Of a DNA stretch of 64,000 nucleotides, positions 61,083-64,000 are shown in pieces (the first letter of the stretch is position 1; each line of letters begins with the position of its first letter). The stretch comes from Chrysomallon squamiferum (taxonomy: Eukaryota; Animalia; Mollusca): positions 10,540,001 through 10,604,000 of the forward strand of contig CM022666.1 of the NCBI GenBank assembly GCA_012295275.1, in the 5' to 3' direction. A program made the translations under genes and the position numbers. The notes beneath the pieces were generated by a model. That model was not told the origin of the DNA. It saw nothing but the letters and a program-made list of their open reading frames with translations, and did not search any database.

Positions 61083-63549
61083 GTTGGCATGTTTAATAAC
61101 CTGAATTAAAAATATAATCAAATGTATCTCAATCAAGAATAAGAACAGTTGAATATGTGTGCAATTTAATGACTGCTTGCATTTTATCATGAATAAGGAT
61201 GGTGTGAGATGTTGTAATTTTACAGTATAAAATAATTTATAAACACTAAAAAATAATTAGTTGTAAATTTATGCATTACAATATTGCTGGTACACAACAT
61301 TTACAAGCATTGTAAAACAAGCACTGCAGCAAATTTCTCACATTCAAGTGTCAAAACATTCAAATATGTGACAGATTTATTTCAGTCATCTAAGATATTC
61401 CTGCAGGATTGTGATAATTATATCTAGATAATCTGCTGTTTTCAGTGGTTCTTAAAATTTTCTGTTTGTTATAAAAAAAAATGCTATTATCAGTAATTTA
61501 TAATACAATTAATTTTATCAAATGGAATATTTTAGCTATCTCTTGTGTTTTATATATGTGTATTTAAAAAATCAAAGTGGTGTAATTGTCACATAAAAAC
61601 AAGCAACAGACCAACATAAAGGAAGAAGAAGATTTTTGTTTTAAAGATTCCTTTTCCGAGTCCTAATGTTTCTATATTCTGTCTGCAGATCAGGCAAGCT
61701 GAAATGTATTCCTTGACATCTTAAACATGCTTCAGATACTGGAAATTAGCTGATACACTGGACTTTCTTCAGTGTCACTGAACATCTAACTAGATTTTCT
61801 GATGTATGGATTACTTGAAATCTACAAATCAGAAACAGGAAACTGCCATTTTATTTAAACAATCTGCAAAGTTATCATGGGAATAAAACTGATTATATTT
61901 TTAAAAAATTACTTAAAAATCTAATTCAGATATTTTATTCTTTTATTTAGAAATATATAAAATTAAATCATTACTGTAAGCCTATTTAAATAAACAAGCT
62001 ACAAAGTATATCTTGTAACTTCTTTGCAGTAGTGTGCAAACCTGTTATACTGACTTTAAAGTTTAATAAATTAATGGAAATGTAATGTTTTCATTAAAAG
62101 AAACTAGGCTTTGTTACTGGGGGGATTAAAAGTAATTCCTAGAAGTCTGCAATTTATAAAATGTTACAAGTTTCCTACCTGGCTATTTTCCATGAGTTAC
62201 TGGTCAGGAAAAATTTTCAGATGCTATCCACACAGACCAGCTAAGATAATAAAACATAAGAAAAAAATAACTTGATAAAGCTGAACAAATATTTTACATG
62301 TATAGGAATGCACAGCATAAAATCTGAATGTTTTTTCTGGTAGTAGAAAGATTCAATGGAGCAGAGACAAAATATCTGTTTACAAATCAGTTTTGATATA
62401 AACAGTGAATTCTCACAATTCTGTTCTTGCATTTTTTAAATATTAAAAGAATTATATCAAGAGTTTCATGTTTTTATTTCAGTTTAAAAAAATTAATTTT
62501 AAAAACCTGGGCTTTGATAAAAGAAATGTAACACTGTGGTGATGCATTTCTTGCTTACAAACAGTCATATGAGAACATTAGTCATGAGCATAAGCATAGT
62601 CTTTCAAATATTTTATTGAAAAAATAATTATTTTAATTTAAATATACATTTCTCATCTTGAAATCTTGAAATACAGGAGCTATTCATTCACAAATAAAAA
62701 ATAATTTATTATCATTACTATACATCGGTTAAATAACACACAAATAAAGCTTGCAGACACGTTTAAAAAGCATCAACTTAAGCATTAAAGCAATTCCAGA
62801 ACAAAATTTCCATTGTATTCAATGCTATTGTTATTTTCTGGCTGAATTTGTCATTAAAAATTTATATAAAATAAATAAAATAATAATAATTAGGAGTGCC
62901 AAAGGATTTTTTTTTTTTTGATTACCAAATGAAGGTGTGCTCTATACCAGTAAAAGAAAACTAGTCCCAAATGTAAAAATAAAATAACTTTTTAAAGATA
63001 TCCGTAATAGTAGGTACTGGCAGGCAAATTTTTTCTGACTTTAATTTCATATAATATGCAAAAAATTAGCACATAATGAAAGCTGTAGCAAAAAGAAACA
63101 AAATACATGAAAGATAATGACTGTCTCCAACGGGTCAAAAGATATATGCAAATTGGTATGACAGGTATTTGTTGGTTTTCAGCCGTTTTGACTAATTAGC
63201 AGAAAGGGCTGCTTTGGCCAACTGTAGTTTGAAAAGTAATTGACACAAAAGTCTGAAAATCAACAAGAGTGATGGGACCAACTTGCTAAATGAGCTCAAT
63301 TTTTTCAGACTTGAATGTTTGTTCACAATAATGTGCTAAATATGCCAAAAATCTTCAAAATGGTCTTATTTGAAAAATTCAACCTGTGTTGTGAACCATT
63401 TATCTAGATCTTTCAAATGAGATACTGGAATCTAACATATTTAAAGCCCGTAAATTTTTTTTTACCGTTTCAGTTTATATAGAACAGCACATCTTTATTT
63501 ACATAAGCAGCTTGAATTGTCACTATTAAATATTTAGTAGTAATAAGTT

Positions 63550-63565
63550 ACTGTGGTGTGTATAT

Positions 63566-63606
<41 letters not shown>

Positions 63607-63650
63607 TGTGGTATGTATATATCATATATATATATATATATATATATATA
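63550..63650. repeat. Duplicated actgtggt..tatatcat + (AT)n unit
   Basis: Two tandem copies, each followed by (AT)n. Confidence 0.85.
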
Positions 63651-64000
63651 AATGTTACTTAAAAGGACTATAAGCATTTGATGTTTAACTATAATCCTCT
63701 GCAAAACAAACTCAGGTAATCCAGAGTCTACTCCAGAAAGATTTTGCAGGTATTAATTAGGGGCAATAAAAGTTATGTAATCATGGGACTAGTTAAAGGC
63801 AATTAAAGACACAGGTGTGATAAGTCTGTCATTTGACAGCAAACAAAAGTTATGTATCATCTGACCATTGTTGAAATTTTCTCTGATAAAGCTTATTGAC
63901 AAGCAAAAATAATCTGTTTTAAAGCTGATCAATTTATTTTATTTTAAAAAAGTGATCCATTTTTTATTCAGCATTCATAAATACATTGTTCTATTATGTA

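Noticed and set aside
62890-63440. Possible MITE-like element (similar impression at about 20090-20300)
   Set aside because: No convincing TIR pair or TSD could be identified by eye.

Overview
AT-rich, intron-containing animal genomic DNA, probably an invertebrate such as a gastropod mollusc (inferred from gene families and repeat style). In order: an Nck/Dock SH3-SH3-SH3-SH2 adaptor gene (-, 2508-3973, probable promoter near 12.2 kb); an 11-exon tandem-FYVE, rabenosyn/Vac1-like gene with degenerate PI3P-binding motifs (-, 13733-18754); a non-autonomous hAT element with TIRs and an 8-bp TSD, filled by about 300 copies of a 22-bp satellite (20935-27772); a decayed MULE transposase (about 29.1-30.5 kb); two convergent BTB (serine-enriched-protein-like) paralogs that share a near-identical 2.75-kb inverted repeat and carry complementary lesions (31.6-34.7 kb and 43.3-46.1 kb); between them, a 5-exon secreted Cys-rich gene whose symmetric third exon has two stops; an 11.5-kb macrosatellite built from a decayed Tc1 transposase 3' half (48.2-59.8 kb); and a GTF2IRD2/Buster-type hAT transposase pseudogene (59.85-61.08 kb). 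Gene models were assembled by eye from GT-AG junctions and phase consistency. No searches were run, and identities and copy numbers are visual estimates.
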